DNA of 64,000 bases from positions 124,001 to 188,000 of the forward strand of contig CM026548.1 in the NCBI GenBank assembly GCA_014905635.1, given 5' to 3'. Of this stretch, positions 45,253-57,036 are shown one piece after another. Origin of the DNA: Scenedesmus sp. PABB004 (lineage: Eukaryota). The notes under the pieces were generated by a model. That model made no database searches and was not told where the DNA came from. It was given only the letters and a program-made list of their open reading frames with translations. The translations under genes were made by a program, and so were the position numbers. How positions within the stretch are numbered: the stretch's first letter is position 1; each line of letters opens with the position of its first letter.

Positions 45253-45796
45253 CCCGGTGGGCGCGTGACGTGCTGCTTGCTGCTGGCGGGCGAAGCGCTG
45301 CGCAGCGGCGAAGGAACAGCAGCGCCAGCGGGTGCCGCCGCGCGGCTGCGCTGGGCGCGCCACCCAGCGCGCTTCTTGACACGCGCTGAGCGCGGCAGGA
45401 GGTGCTGGCAGGACTGCGGGTGGCTCCGGGGCGGCGGGAGCAGCCGCAGGTCTCGTCGGCAGCAGCGGCGGCACCGCACAGGGGCTGCTCGCTGCGCGCG
45501 GCCGAGCTGGCGGCGCGCGAACAGCAGGAGTGGGTTTAAGTGGGTTTTTGACGAACTTCTGCGCTGTCCTCGAGCAGTCACTTTTTTGCCGCGTCCAGCG
45601 GCCGGCGGCCGCGCGCGCCTTGTCCGTGCCAGAGCGGCGGCCTCCTGTCCGTGAAAGAGCGACGGCTTCGTCGGGCAGCAGGTCGGCAGCAGCGGCGCCG
45701 CAGGTGCCGGCGGCACCAGGGCCAGCTCAGCTGCGGCCGAGCCGTCCGCGCCGCTGGGCACGCGCCCTCCCCAGCGCGATCAGACCAGGGAGCGCC

Positions 45797-47765
45797 ATGG
45801 CGACGTCTTCCTCGGACAGCGGGCTGTCCTTTGTCGCGCGCCGGACGAGCTCGCTTGTCCTGGGCCTGCTGGAGCCCAGCTTCATGCGGGCGCAGCAGAG
45901 CTTCGCGGGGTGCTTGGGACTCGCCGCTGGGGGCGGCAGCGGCCCTTCTTCGCGCAGCACCAGTGCCGCCGACTGCGCGGCGGCGCGGCCGCGGCGGGAC
46001 GAGCGCGGGCGACCGCTGCCCATCCGCGGCGGCGTCGGCGGCGGCGACCCGAGCGTCCGGGGCGTCGCCCGGCTGGCCGGCTACGCGCTCGCCGCGGCCG
46101 CGTACCTGGCGGCGCTCGCGACGCTCGGCGCCGGTCACTCGCGCTGGCTGAGCTGGTGCCTGCTGCTTGGCGAGCTCGTCGCCGCGCTGCGCGTGGTGCA
46201 CCACTGCCTCCACTTTGTGCGGCGGCCGCAGCACTACGTGCCGCAGTCGGAGCTGCTGTGCCACAATCACTACACCTTCCACGTGGTCATCGTCATCCCC
46301 TGCTACAACGAGCCGCTCGCCCTCGTCGCGCCGACCGTGCTCGCCGCCGCCGCCGCGGCGCTGCCGCCGGGCTGCACGCGCGAGCTCTGGCTCTGCGACG
46401 ACGGCCAGGTGCGCCGCCGCACGGCGCACGGCGCGGCGCGGCGCGGGGCGGGGGCCGGCCGCGCCGCGCCGCCGGCACGTGGCCGGGTCTGACCGGGGCG
46501 CGCGCGGTCGCCGCAGGACCCCGCCAAGGCCGCGTGGGTGGCGGGCCTCGCGCTGCCGGACTGCCCCGCGCGCTACTCGTCCGGCCGGCCCAAGGCCCCG
46601 TGCCGCAACGGCAAGTCGTGCAACATGAACTGGGCCCTGACGCAGGCGATCTACCCACACTATCCCGCCCAGGACGTGCCCAACCACCACGTGCTCACCT
46701 TCTTCGACGCCGACCAGGCGCGGCGCGGCGCGGCGCGGCGCGGCGCCAGGCTGGGCCGGGCCGGGCCGGGGCCGCCCAGCCGGCGCCGCGGCGCGGCGCG
46801 GCGACGGCCCGCACAGGCGCCCTGCCCAGGCGGCCCGCCGACCCCCCCCCCCCCTCCGCGCGCGCCGCAGGTGTGCGAGCCCGACTTTTTCCTGCTCACG
46901 CTGCCGTACCTGGTCTCCGCGCGCGACGCGCTGGTGCAGTGCCCGCAGGTGCGCCGGCGCGCGCCCCGCGCGCGCGCGCGCGCGCGCCCCGCGCGACGCG
47001 CCGCTGCCTCCTCACCTCGACACCCCGCCCCCGCGCGGCCCAACCCCTGAGCACACAGAGCTTTGTGAACTACTGGTCCGACGCGGACGTGCTGGACCAC
47101 AGCGCGCGGCTCAAGTGGGTCTGTCGAGACGGCATGGTCCGCCGCCTCGGCGGCCTGCACTGCAACGGCAGCGGCCTCGTCGTGCGCGCGCGGTGAGCGG
47201 CGCGCCTCAGCACCGCGCTCGCACGCCGGCGCCACGCGCGCGCGCGGGACGCACGCTCACGCGCTGGCACTCGCGCGCTGGCACCCGCCGCCAGGGCGCT
47301 CGCGCGCATTGGGTGGTGGCCTGACTGGACTGTGTGCGAGGACAACATGATGGCCATGCTCCTGCAGCGCCGCGGGTACCGCGGATACTTTGTCAATGCG
47401 CGCGTCGCGACCGGCCAGGCACGCACGCGGCGCACGCACGCGGCGCACGACGCAGGCCTGGTGCCGGCGCCGCGCGCCTGCCCGCGCGGCGCCGCGACGC
47501 GCGGTGGGAGAGGGCTGAGCGCCGCGCCGCGCCGCGCCGCGCCGCGCCGCGCAGGTGCCCGAGACGGTCGCGGACAGCTTTGAGCAGCGCGGGCGGTTCA
47601 TCAAGGGCTACATCACCAACACCCTGGGCCGGCGCGGCATGTGCTGGGACGGCGCGCAGCCGCGCCTGCTGCGGCTGCTGGGCAACGCGCTCACGCGGGA
47701 CCTCTACATCGTCGCCGTGCCCCTGCTGCTGCTGCCGCCGGCGCTGGGGCTGCTCGTGGCGCCGC

Positions 47766-47814
<49 letters not shown>

Positions 47815-48823
47815 GGCGGCGGCGGCGTTCACCATCCACCCGCTGCTGCCCTGGGCCTGGCTATTGCACTACGCCTCGGCACAGGTGCGTGCGTGCATGC
47901 GTGTGGCCGGCCAGGCGGGCACCTGCCAGCGTCGGCGGGGAGGCGCGCCCGCAGCGCGCGCTGCCGCAGCCCTGGCGCGGCGCCGCCGCCGCGCCCCGAC
48001 GCGCGCGCGCGCCGCCCGCCGCCCCGCCCCGCCCCGCCCCGCCCCGCAGTTTGTGCTGCAGCGCAACGTGCTGCGCAAGTTTGCCTCCAGCACGGTGTGG
48101 ACCAACTGGCTGTCAAACCTCCTCGCGACGCACCTGTACTGGCCCCTCACGCTCGCGTGCTTTGCACAGGTGCTGCACGCCGACTTCATCCGGCGGCAGC
48201 CCCTCGAGTTCAGCGTCACGCCCAAGCGCGCGTCGCTCGCCGGCGCGGGCGCGCCGCGCGCCGACGACCTCGCTGACGAGACGGCGGACGACCTCGACGG
48301 CGTGCGCGTGGCAGACCCCGTGGAGCAGCGGCGGGCGCTGCAGAGCGCCTCCCTGCTGCTGAGCAGGCCGCCGCCCTCGTCCGAGCACGAGTCGGCGCAG
48401 CGCTCGCTGAGCGACGAGCTCGCCACGGGCGGCGAGCACAAGGCGGACGTGCCGGGCCTGTACGTGGACGCGACTGACGCTGCCTGGGGCGGCGCCGCGC
48501 GCGGCGGGGGCAGCTACACGTACCGCGGCTGCCCCGGGGACGAGGCCTTCCCCTGGCGCTGGGTGTGGGTGCACGCGCTGGTGCTGCTGGCGAGCCTCGC
48601 GGCGGCCGCAGAGGGCGCGTGGGCGCTCGCGACGCAGCCCGGCGTGGCCGCGGCGCCGGTCGCGGTGCAGGTGCTGTGGTGCCTGCACAACTGCGTCGCG
48701 CCCGCCATGCTGCTCGCGCGCGCGTGGCGCGGCGACACGCCGGCGCTGCGCCGCGCGTGCCGGGCGGTGCCGCGCGTCATGGTCGCCGCCGGCGCCGCGA
48801 CCTGGCTGTCGCTCGTGCTGTGA
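45797..48823 (+). CDS. Processive GT2 glycosyltransferase, cellulose synthase (BcsA/CesA)-like (7 exons)
   Basis: Two N-terminal TMs, IPCYNEP, LCDDG, GKSCNMNWAL, FDADQ, LVQCPQSF, CNGSG, VCED, QRGRF, C-terminal TMs, FSVTPK. GC-AG introns at 46718-46870 and 47419-47554. Confidence 0.88.
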
Positions 48824-49258
48824 GGGGGTCAGGTCTGCTGACCAGCACCACTTGGTTGCTTTCGACGCGCGTGAACTCCCCACATGTGCACTCACCGTTT
48901 CATTGTGTGATGTGATCGCACAGAAGAACAGTCATAATCAGAACAACATGGTGATGTTGTGCAACATGCCAGCCTGGTCGCAACTTGAGATTGCCACGAT
49001 CATCAGCGTGGCGTGGGGGTGGGCATGGTCAAATGGGGCGGGTTTTTTCTGACGGAAAGCGACTGACGCGGCCGGCGCGCTGTGACGCGCTGGGGCTCAG
49101 GGCCCGGGGCCTGCGGCGGCGCGCCCGCCGCGCAGCTCCCCCAGGGCCCCTGCAGTCCTCTGCTCGATCGGCGGCGCAGCGGTGTGCCAGCAGCAGCAGC
49201 AGCAGCAGGGGCAGCGGCGCCGCCCACGCTGCCGCCGCCAGTGCTGCCCACGCAGCCG

Positions 49259-49999
49259 ATGGCCCTGCGAGCCGCCACCTGCTGCTCCTCGCGCGCGCTC
49301 AGCTCCGCGCGCGCCCTGCTGCGTGCGGGACCGCTGCGTCCGGCGCGGTCGAGCGCCGCACCGCTGCGCGCGATGGCCGCCGCCGCCGGCGCCGCCCCGG
49401 GGCCCAAGGTGGGCGCCCGCCCTCCCCGCGTCGCCTCCGCCGCGCTCGCGCCGCGCCGGCCGGCCGGCTGCGCACGCGAGCGCGGCGGCGGTGACGCCCG
49501 CCGCTGCCGCTGCTGCGGGCGGGGCGCCCCGCCGCGGCTGGTCCTCCTCTTCTCCGGCGCAGTACCACATCCTCAAGTACGACTACGTCCCCGACATCCT
49601 GGAGCGCCGGGGCCCGTACCGCGAGGCGCACCTCGCGGGCGCGCAGGCAAAGCTGGCCGCCGGGCAGCTCGTCATGGCAGGTCTGGCGGAGCCGCCCCGC
49701 CGCTGCGCGCGCGCTCTGGCGCCCCGCCGCGCCGCCGCGCATGGCGCCGGCCGCCGCGCGTGCGGCCGCCGCCACGCGTGCGCCCGCGCCGCCGCCACGC
49801 CCCCGCCGACACCCGCGCGCGCTGCCGCCGCCGCGCCGCAGGCGCCGCGGGCGACCCCGTGGTGGGCGCTGTGTTCATCTTCAAGGACGCCAGCCGGGCG
49901 GAGATCGAGGCGTTTGTCGCGGCCGACCCGTACGTGGCGGCGGGGCTCGTCCCCGCCTGGACCATACAGCCCTACGCAGTCGTCGTGGGCAGCCCCTGA
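49259..49999 (+). CDS. YciI (YCII-related) protein with an organellar transit peptide (3 exons)
   Basis: YDYVPDILERRGPYREAHL, MAGA, GAVFIF, FVAADPYVAAGLV. Confidence 0.9.
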   Translation: MALRAATCCSSRALSSARALLRAGPLRPARSSAAPLRAMAAAAGAAPGPKVGARPPRVASAALAPRRPAGCARERGGGDARRCRCCGRGAPPRLVLLFSGAVPHPQVRLRPRHPGAPGPVPRGAPRGRAGKAGRRAARHGRSGGAAPPLRARSGAPPRRRAWRRPPRVRPPPRVRPRRRHAPADTRARCRRRAAGAAGDPVVGAVFIFKDASRAEIEAFVAADPYVAAGLVPAWTIQPYAVVVGSP

Positions 50000-50085
50000 C
50001 AGGCGCCGCCGCGGGCGGAGAGCCGCGCCGCGCCGCCGAGAGCCGAGCGGGCTGCGCTGCGGCGCGGGAGGCGCGCCGACGCCTG

Positions 50086-50090
50086 TTACA
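50086..50090 (-). terminator. Putative poly(A) signal TGTAA for the CDK gene
   Basis: First TTACA I found on the + strand downstream of the CDK stop, about 1.8 kb away. Confidence 0.4.
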
Positions 50091-51726
50091 CCAGACCGAG
50101 CCAAGTGCAGGGGATCATGGGATCATGGCACGAGCGCCCCACACAGACCAGGCACGCCATGCCTGCACACGCGATTGATCGACGGCCGGGCAGCGGCTGC
50201 GTTCGTGGACCGCGCGCTCGCTTGCTTGCGCCGCCCCCGGGACAGGACCGATGCACCCCCATCGCCAGCCCGATCGCGCCCCCGCGTACACCCCCCTGCA
50301 CACGCCCCGCGCTCGTCCGCTCGTCTGCAGCGTGCCCGGCCGGCAGGGCCGGGGTGACGGGGCCGCCGCCGCGGTGCCCGCGCACGCGCGCGGCTGCGGC
50401 GGCAGCCGCCGGCCGCTGCGCTGCGGGCGCCGGCCAGGCTTCATTCGGTGCGACCAGCAACTGGGCGGTGCAGCTTGCTTGCTTGCTGTCGCGGCGTGAC
50501 CAAAATGTGGGGTGCGGGGGTGGGATCGCTGCCTGGGTGGATCGCGCGCGCGCCGACAAGCAAACAACGATAGAGAGGCGTGCCATCACGCGCGCCGCGG
50601 CGGCGGCCGCCCGCCGCGGGCGCCATTGCCAGTGCTGCGCGCCGATGCCGGCGACGCCGTTGCGGGCAGGCACTCGCGCGTGGGCAGCGGAGCACCCGCG
50701 CGCTGCGCGCTGCGCGCCCAAGCCAGCCGCGGCGCCCCGGCCGCTTAAGGCTCGTCATCCTGCGGCGCCGCACCTGCGGGCGCGCGCGAGAGGAGCCTGC
50801 GCACGCCGGCGGCGGCGGCACCACGGCAGCACCGCGCAGGGGGGCGGGCGGCTGGGTCGGCCGCCGCCGTGACGGGACCGTGGCGGCGGCCTCACGGCCC
50901 GCCCGAAGCTGCTGGTAGAAAGGCAGCCACGCGACCGGGCAACGACCACGGCGCACAGAGAAAGGGAGAGAAGAGAGAGAGACAGGGGGGCTCCAGCGCG
51001 GCGACGCGCTGCGCGGCGCGTGCCGGCGCAGCCCACAGTCGACAACACGACATGACACGGTGGCAACAACAACGCCCCGATGCTGCTCGGCAGCATCATC
51101 AACACAAACGCACACAACCACGCACGCCACCGGCCCCGCCCAGTTCTGACAATCACCACCAAGAGCGGGCAGACAGACGCGCGCCGCGTGGGCGGCCCGT
51201 TGCTGCGCGCGGCGCCCGCGCCCCGCCTGCCTGCCTGCGTGCCTGCCCAGGAAGCAGGCCCGCCCGCGCACCCCGCCGCAAGCTGCTCGCGAGCTGCTCG
51301 GCAGCGGGCCGCCGCGGGCGCCAGCCCGGCGCGCGCCGGCGGCGATGGTGTGTGTGCCGCCGCATGCGCGCGCCGCAAAGGAATGGAGGGTCTCAAAGAT
51401 GTTGTGCGTGCGAGGTGTGGTCGGCGGCAGCGTCGACCCCACCCGCCACGAATCGACACCTGCCGCGCCGCCCGCTGTTCCTGCCGTTCGCGCCGCCCGC
51501 TGGCTGCTGATGGGCCCGCAGCTCTGCCTACGCCTGGCGCCCCCCTCCCCCTGCCCGCCGCCTGCCTAGCCTACCATATCAGTGAGAATCTGAAGCTGAA
51601 CAAAGTTGGGGCCGCTGGACGGCCCCGCTGGCTCACGCCGGGACGTCAACAACAATCACTGCCCGGCACCCACATGCACCGCGCGTGAACACGTGTGAGC
51701 GCAGGGCAGCCGGCGCGGCGGCGCCG

Positions 51727-51819
51727 GCGCGCGGCTCACGCCCGCGCGCGGCTCACGCCCGCGCGCGCCGCGGCCACGCCCGCGCGCGGCTCACGCCCGC
51801 GCGCGCCGCGGCCACGCCC
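51727..51819. repeat. Minisatellite of 17-21 nt units (GCGCGCGGCTCACGCCC and a variant) just downstream of the CDK stop
   Basis: About 5 imperfect tandem units. Confidence 0.85.
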
Positions 51820-51892
51820 AGCCGGGCCCGATCGCAGGGCGCCGTTGGGCCGAGGCCAGGGCAGCGCAGCGCGCGCGCAGCCCCTCGGTGCT

Positions 51893-52092
51893 TCAGGCCG
51901 GCAGCGGCTGGTGCACCTGCTGCTGCGGCAGGAACTGAGGGGGACCGCCGGCCGGCAGGGCGGCGATGGGAACGCTGGCCCACGCGCCCGGCGCCGCCGC
52001 CGGCGCCTGCGGCGGCTGCAGCGGCGGCAGGCCGTACCCGACCGCTGCCGCCTGCTGCGCTGCCGCCTGCTGTGCTGCCGCCGCTGCCTGCG

Positions 52093-52127
<35 letters not shown>

Positions 52128-54103
52128 AGCGCAAACTGCTGCAGCTGCGCGTGCTGCTGCGGCTGGTGCAGCATGGTCTGCTGCATTGCCGCCTGCAGCT
52201 GCTGCTGCTGGTGGTGCTGCTGGTGGTGCTGGTTCGCCTGCATCTGCAGGCCCCGCCCGCCCAGCGGCATGGGGCACGGGCCTGGCGGCACGCGCGGCCC
52301 GCCGCCGCCGCCGTCGCCTGCCGGCCCCGCGCCGGCGCCGGCCGCCGCCGCGGGGGCGCCGAGCGCCTGCGCGGCGCGCAGGTCGTCAAACCAGGGGTGC
52401 TTGAGCGCCTGGCCCGCGGTGATGCGCGCCTCCGGGTTGTACGCCAGCAGCCCCGCCAGCAGGTCGAGGCCCGCCGCGTCGCCCGCCAGGCGCGGCGCGA
52501 GCTGCGCCCAGGGCTTGGGCGCCCAGCGGGGGAAGTTGGTCCGGTAGTGCGCCAGCCGCTCCACGCCCGCCCACACGTGGTCGGTCGGCGTGCCGAGCGC
52601 CTCAAACACCTGCGCACCGGCGGCGGCGGACGCGGCCAGCGCCACACGGCCAGTGGGCGCGCCGCGCCGCTGCGCCGCGTGCACGCCGTCCCGCGGCCTC
52701 GTCCGCCGCCGCCGCCGCCGCTGCCAAAGCTGCCGCCGCTGCGCTGCGCCGCGCTGCGCCGCCGGCGCGCGCCTTGTGCAGCAGTCCGATCTCGCTCTCC
52801 GCGCGGAAGAGCGGCTCGCGGTTGAGCATCTCCGCAAAGATGCAGCCGACGCTCCAGAGGTCGATCGCGGCGGAGTAGCTGCTCACGCCGAGCAGCAGCT
52901 CCGGCGCGCGGTACCAGAGCGTGACGACCTTGTCGGTGTAGGCCTTGAACGGCGGCAGGAAGCTGCGCGCGAGGCCAAAGTCGGCGACCTTGACGCGCGC
53001 GCGGCTCGCGTCGACGAGCACGTTCTGGGGCTTGAGGTCGCGGTGCATCACGCAGCGCATGTGCGCGTGGTGCACGGCGAGCAGGATCTGGTGCAGGTAC
53101 GACTGCGTGCGGGCGCGCGCGGCGCGCGGCGTGAGGCGCGTGAGGCGCGTGCGGCGCCGCAGGCAGCGGGACGGCCGGCCGCCGACCGCCGCCCGCCGGC
53201 GCGGCGCGCGGCGCACCTTGATCTGCCACAGCTCCAGCAGCTTCTCGCCGTCGAGCAGGTCGCGCAGGTCGCAGTCGAGGCACTCGAGCACGACGTAGAC
53301 GTTGTTGGTGCCAAAGCCGTAGATGATGTCCTTCAGCCTGCACGGCGCGCGGCGCGCGGTGGGCGCGCGGCGCGCGGTGAGCGCGCTGCGGCGCCGCGGC
53401 GGCCCCGGCCCCAGCGGCGGCGCGCGCACTCGACGATGTTGGCGTGCCGCAGCTCCTTGAGCAGCGAGATCTCCCGCAGCGTCGAGGAGGGCAGGCCCTG
53501 CTCGTCAAAGCCGAAGCGCAGCTTCTTCAGCGCGATGACCTCGTCCGTCTCGCGGTTGCGTGCCTTGTACACCACGGCGTAGCTGCCGCTGCCCAGCTCC
53601 TGCAGCCGCTCGTAGCGGTACTTCTGCGCGCGCGCCGGGCGTGCCCGGGGCCTGGGCGCGCGCGGCGCGGGCGCCAACCCCCGGCTGCAAGCGGCGGGCG
53701 GGCCCGTTCGCGCCGAGGCGGGCGCGGCGCCGGCCGCCGCGGCGCCCCCGGCCGGCGATCGCTGCGGGGGTGCTCCTGCGCGCGGCGCGGGCACCTGGAG
53801 GAGCAGGGAGAAGGAGCCGAGGTCCACCGACCCGCCAAAGCCGTGCTCGCTCCAACCAAACTGCTGCAGGATGCCCAGCAGCGCGCCCTTGGCGTCGTAC
53901 TTGAGCGCCTCCCTGATGAACGGGCCCAGCAGCTCGTCCGCGGCGCGGGCATCGATCGATGGGAGCTTGAGCCGCCTGATTTGCTCCAGCAGCGACTGCA
54001 GCGGGCTGGCGCGCTGATCCGGCGCACGGCCCCGCTTGCGGCTGGCATCGGCGCTCGGGCTGGGCGTGGCGCGCTTGCTGGCGGGCCCGCCCTGGAGCTG
54101 CAT
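51893..54103 (-). CDS. Cyclin-dependent kinase with a PSSTLRE motif, ~100-aa N-terminal extension and Q-rich tail (5 exons)
   Basis: LGSGSYAVVYKA, IALKK, GLPSSTLREISLLKEL, HRDLKPQN, DFGLAR, YTDKVVTLWYRAPE. GC-AG intron at 52610-52772. Confidence 0.93.
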
Positions 54104-54836
54104 CGCGCGCCCCTGGCGCGCTAGGGGCGGCGGCTGGGCGATGACATGGAGGGCCGCGCCGTGCCGGAGTGGTGGGGCGGCGCAGCGGGGGCGCAGCGGC
54201 GCCGGTGGGGCGGGGACCAGGGCTTCACACGGAAGTTGGCCGATCGCGGCGCCCCCGCGCCCTGGCGCTGCTGCGGGAGGCTCGAGAGCGACTGTTGACC
54301 AGCTAGGGGGGAGCGCCGGGCCGGCGGCCGGGCTGGCTAACCTGCCAGGCATTAGCCGTGGCCTGGTCGCCCTGGCCCGGCGCCCTGCCGCCCCTCCCGC
54401 CCTGCGGCGAGCGTGAGCCTCCGCATCAGCAGCCAGCCAGCGGCCCGGGCGCGCACGGGCGGCCTGGCCGCGGCGGCGACCCGCGCGCGTCGGGGTGACG
54501 CTTGCCGTCGTCGCCGCGCGGTTTTTGAGGTTGAGGCTTGCCTGCGCTGCCTCCGCTCGACCACCACACACACCCGCACCGCCCGGCCCGCCCGCACGCA
54601 CCGCCGCCGCGCGCGCTGGCTGCAAGGCCGCCGCTGCTGCCACGCGGCCGCTGCCACGCCGCCGCCGCCACGCCGCCCTGATCGCGCGTGCGCCTCGCCG
54701 TGCGCAGCGGCCGGCCCTGGGCGCGCGCTGGTGCTGCCGGCCGCGCGGAGCGGCGGCGCCGAGCAGCGCAGCACAGCCCTCAGTCGCCGCAGGCGCTCCG
54801 CTCGCCGCCTGTGGCCCCGCCGGCCAGCGCGGCGCC

Positions 54837-55664
54837 ATGCTGCGCGCCAGCTCGTGCGCTGTGCTGCCGGCCGCGGCCCGCGCGCTGGCGAGCGCCGCCG
54901 GCGGCGCCTGGCGCGGCGGCGCGTCGGCCGCGCCGCTCGCGGCGTCGGCGTCGCCGCTGGAGCAGCGCGACAGCATCGCGCTGCGGGGCCTGGTGTTCCA
55001 CGGCCACCACGGCTGTCTGAAGGAGGTGCGGCGCGCGGCGCCGGGCAGCAGCAGCAGCGGCCGGGCGCGCTGCGCGGCGGCAGAGCCCGCGATGCTGTCG
55101 GTCGCGCCCGGGCGCGCAGGAGAACGCGCTGGGGCAGAAGTTTGTGGTCGACGCGACGCTGTGGGCCGACCTCGCGGCCGCGGGGCGCAGCGACCAGCTG
55201 CAGGACACGCTCGACTACGCCGCGGTGTACAAGTGGGCGGCGCCCGGCGCAGCGCGCCCGCCTAGCGCCCGCGGGCCCGACCCCCGCGCCGCGTGCAGCC
55301 GCGCGGCACGGCCGCCGCGCGCGGCCAGCCGCCACGCCGCGCCGCCGCGCCGCCGCGCCGCCTCGCGCAGCGAGATCCGGCGCGTGGTGGAGGGCCCGCC
55401 GCGCGCGCTGCAGGAGGCCGTCGCCGAGGAGGCGGCCGCCGCGCTGCTGGCGCTTGACCGGCGCGTCGCGGCGGTGCGGGTCTACATCCGCAAGCCCCAT
55501 GTCGCGCTGCCGGGCGTGCTCGAGTCCGTGGGTGCGCGGCCGGGGGCGCGCGGGCGCTGCCGCCGCGCCGGAGCACGGAGCGCGCGGCCGACGCTGCGCT
55601 GCGCGCCGCCGCTGCGCTGCACGCCACAGGCGTCGACATCTTCCGGCGGCGAGCGGGCGACTGA
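54837..55664 (+). CDS. folB: Dihydroneopterin aldolase with an N-terminal extension (4 exons)
   Basis: DSIALRGLVFHGHHG...E|ENALGQKFVVD, SDQLQDTLDY, LQEAVAE, VYIRKPHVAL...V|GVDIFR. Confidence 0.92.
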
Positions 55665-55695
55665 AACCCTGCCCGATCGCGCCGCTGACTGCAGC

Positions 55696-55700
55696 TGTAA
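55696..55700 (+). terminator. Putative poly(A) signal TGTAA for folB
   Basis: About 30 nt after the stop. Confidence 0.45.
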
Positions 55701-57036
55701 TCCCTCATTACCCATCTTTGTGCCCGCCCGTCTGCCAACTGCGCGCCCGCCCGCATGGGCAGTGCTGCCGTCGTGAACCGGCCGCATGCGCGCGTTCGTG
55801 CATGTGCGGCCACCCACGCCCTCGCCTCGCAGGCGGGCCCGCACGCGCCCTCGCCCTCGCGCAGTCCTGCGCAACGCGGTCACATGCGCGTCTGCATCAG
55901 TGCCGCCGCCGCGCGTTGAGCATGGTGCATGGTGATGAGAACAAAGACAAGGCTCCATCCCGCTGGTGGCGCCGGCGGCCCTCTTCGAGCAGCAGTGCCG
56001 CCCAAGCCCTGGGCCCTGTAGATCTGGTGCAAGTGCATCTTGCTGGACAAAGGACAGCCGTCGCACCCACGCGTTGAGTCGGAAGCGTCAAACAGCAGCG
56101 TCAGACACCCCGCGCCCGCGCAGCCGGCCGGCACCCATTGGTTTCACCAAACCGCGCCACCACGCCGCAGTCGGCAGACGCCCGGCGTGCAGCCGCCGCG
56201 CATGCGTTCGGCGCCCGGCGCGGCGCGCGAGGGCACGCCGCCCGCGGGCAGCACCCGTGCCGTGCGCGCGCCGCCGCCGGGCGCTGACCGGCCGGCGGCT
56301 GCTTGCCTGACTGTGCGTGACAGCAAGTGCTTCCAAACGATTCGCGAGGCCCGCTGCCGCGGCAGCGATCGCGCACGCCCACGAGCTTGGCGCGCAAGGC
56401 TGCATGCACAAGCCGCTGCAGTGGCGTGCTCAAAGCGCCAGCGCTCGCCGCCGCACACATCCACACCATTCCGGCGCCCTCAGCGGCGCGCACGCGCGAC
56501 ACGCCGTCCGGCCGCGCTCAGCCAGCCGCGTACAGGTTCGCCCTCCTCGCCGTGGTTGCTTGGTGGTGTGACCGTGGCAGCGGCGCCGATGATGCGAGCG
56601 CCGCCGCGCCAGGGACGCCGTGGCAGGGGAGGGGGGAGGGTCCTGGGCGCCCCTGGCGCGCGCACGGGCGCGCCGCTGCCAACACCGCACGACGACGGCC
56701 GCGCCCTCTGCACGCCGCCTGCACGCCGCCAGCACGCCGCCAGCACGCCGCCAGCAGCCTCGGCGCGGGCCGCGGGGCGACTGCGCCGGCGCGCCGCGCC
56801 TGGCGGCCAGAGAGAGCTGCGCGCACAGGCCGCCCCGCCCTTGCTGCCAGCTGGGCACCACGGGCCCCCGCTCGCGGCCGCACTCGCTCTGCTCAGCGCG
56901 AGGCCGATCGAGCAGTGGCCCCGCCCTCACGCCTCCATGCCGACCTGCCCGGCTCTGCCCCAGCCCTGCTGCCGTCACCCCTCCCCCGTCGCCCCTTCCC
57001 CTCCCCTGCGCTCCCGACCCGCCGACCTCCGCGGCC

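Noticed and set aside
48830..49060. Lower-GC patch with short inverted repeats and a T6 run, considered as an ncRNA or MITE
   Set aside because: No tRNA/snRNA motifs or convincing terminal repeats. It is consistent with a 3' UTR plus promoter.
51727..51819. Regularly spaced repeats considered as a CRISPR array
   Set aside because: Units are contiguous with no unique spacers, there are no cas genes, and the context is eukaryotic.
5346..55664. Cofactor or metabolic gene cluster (BIO2, IscA, folB, NDUFAF5)
   Set aside because: The genes are far apart, act in different compartments and are interspersed with unrelated housekeeping genes.
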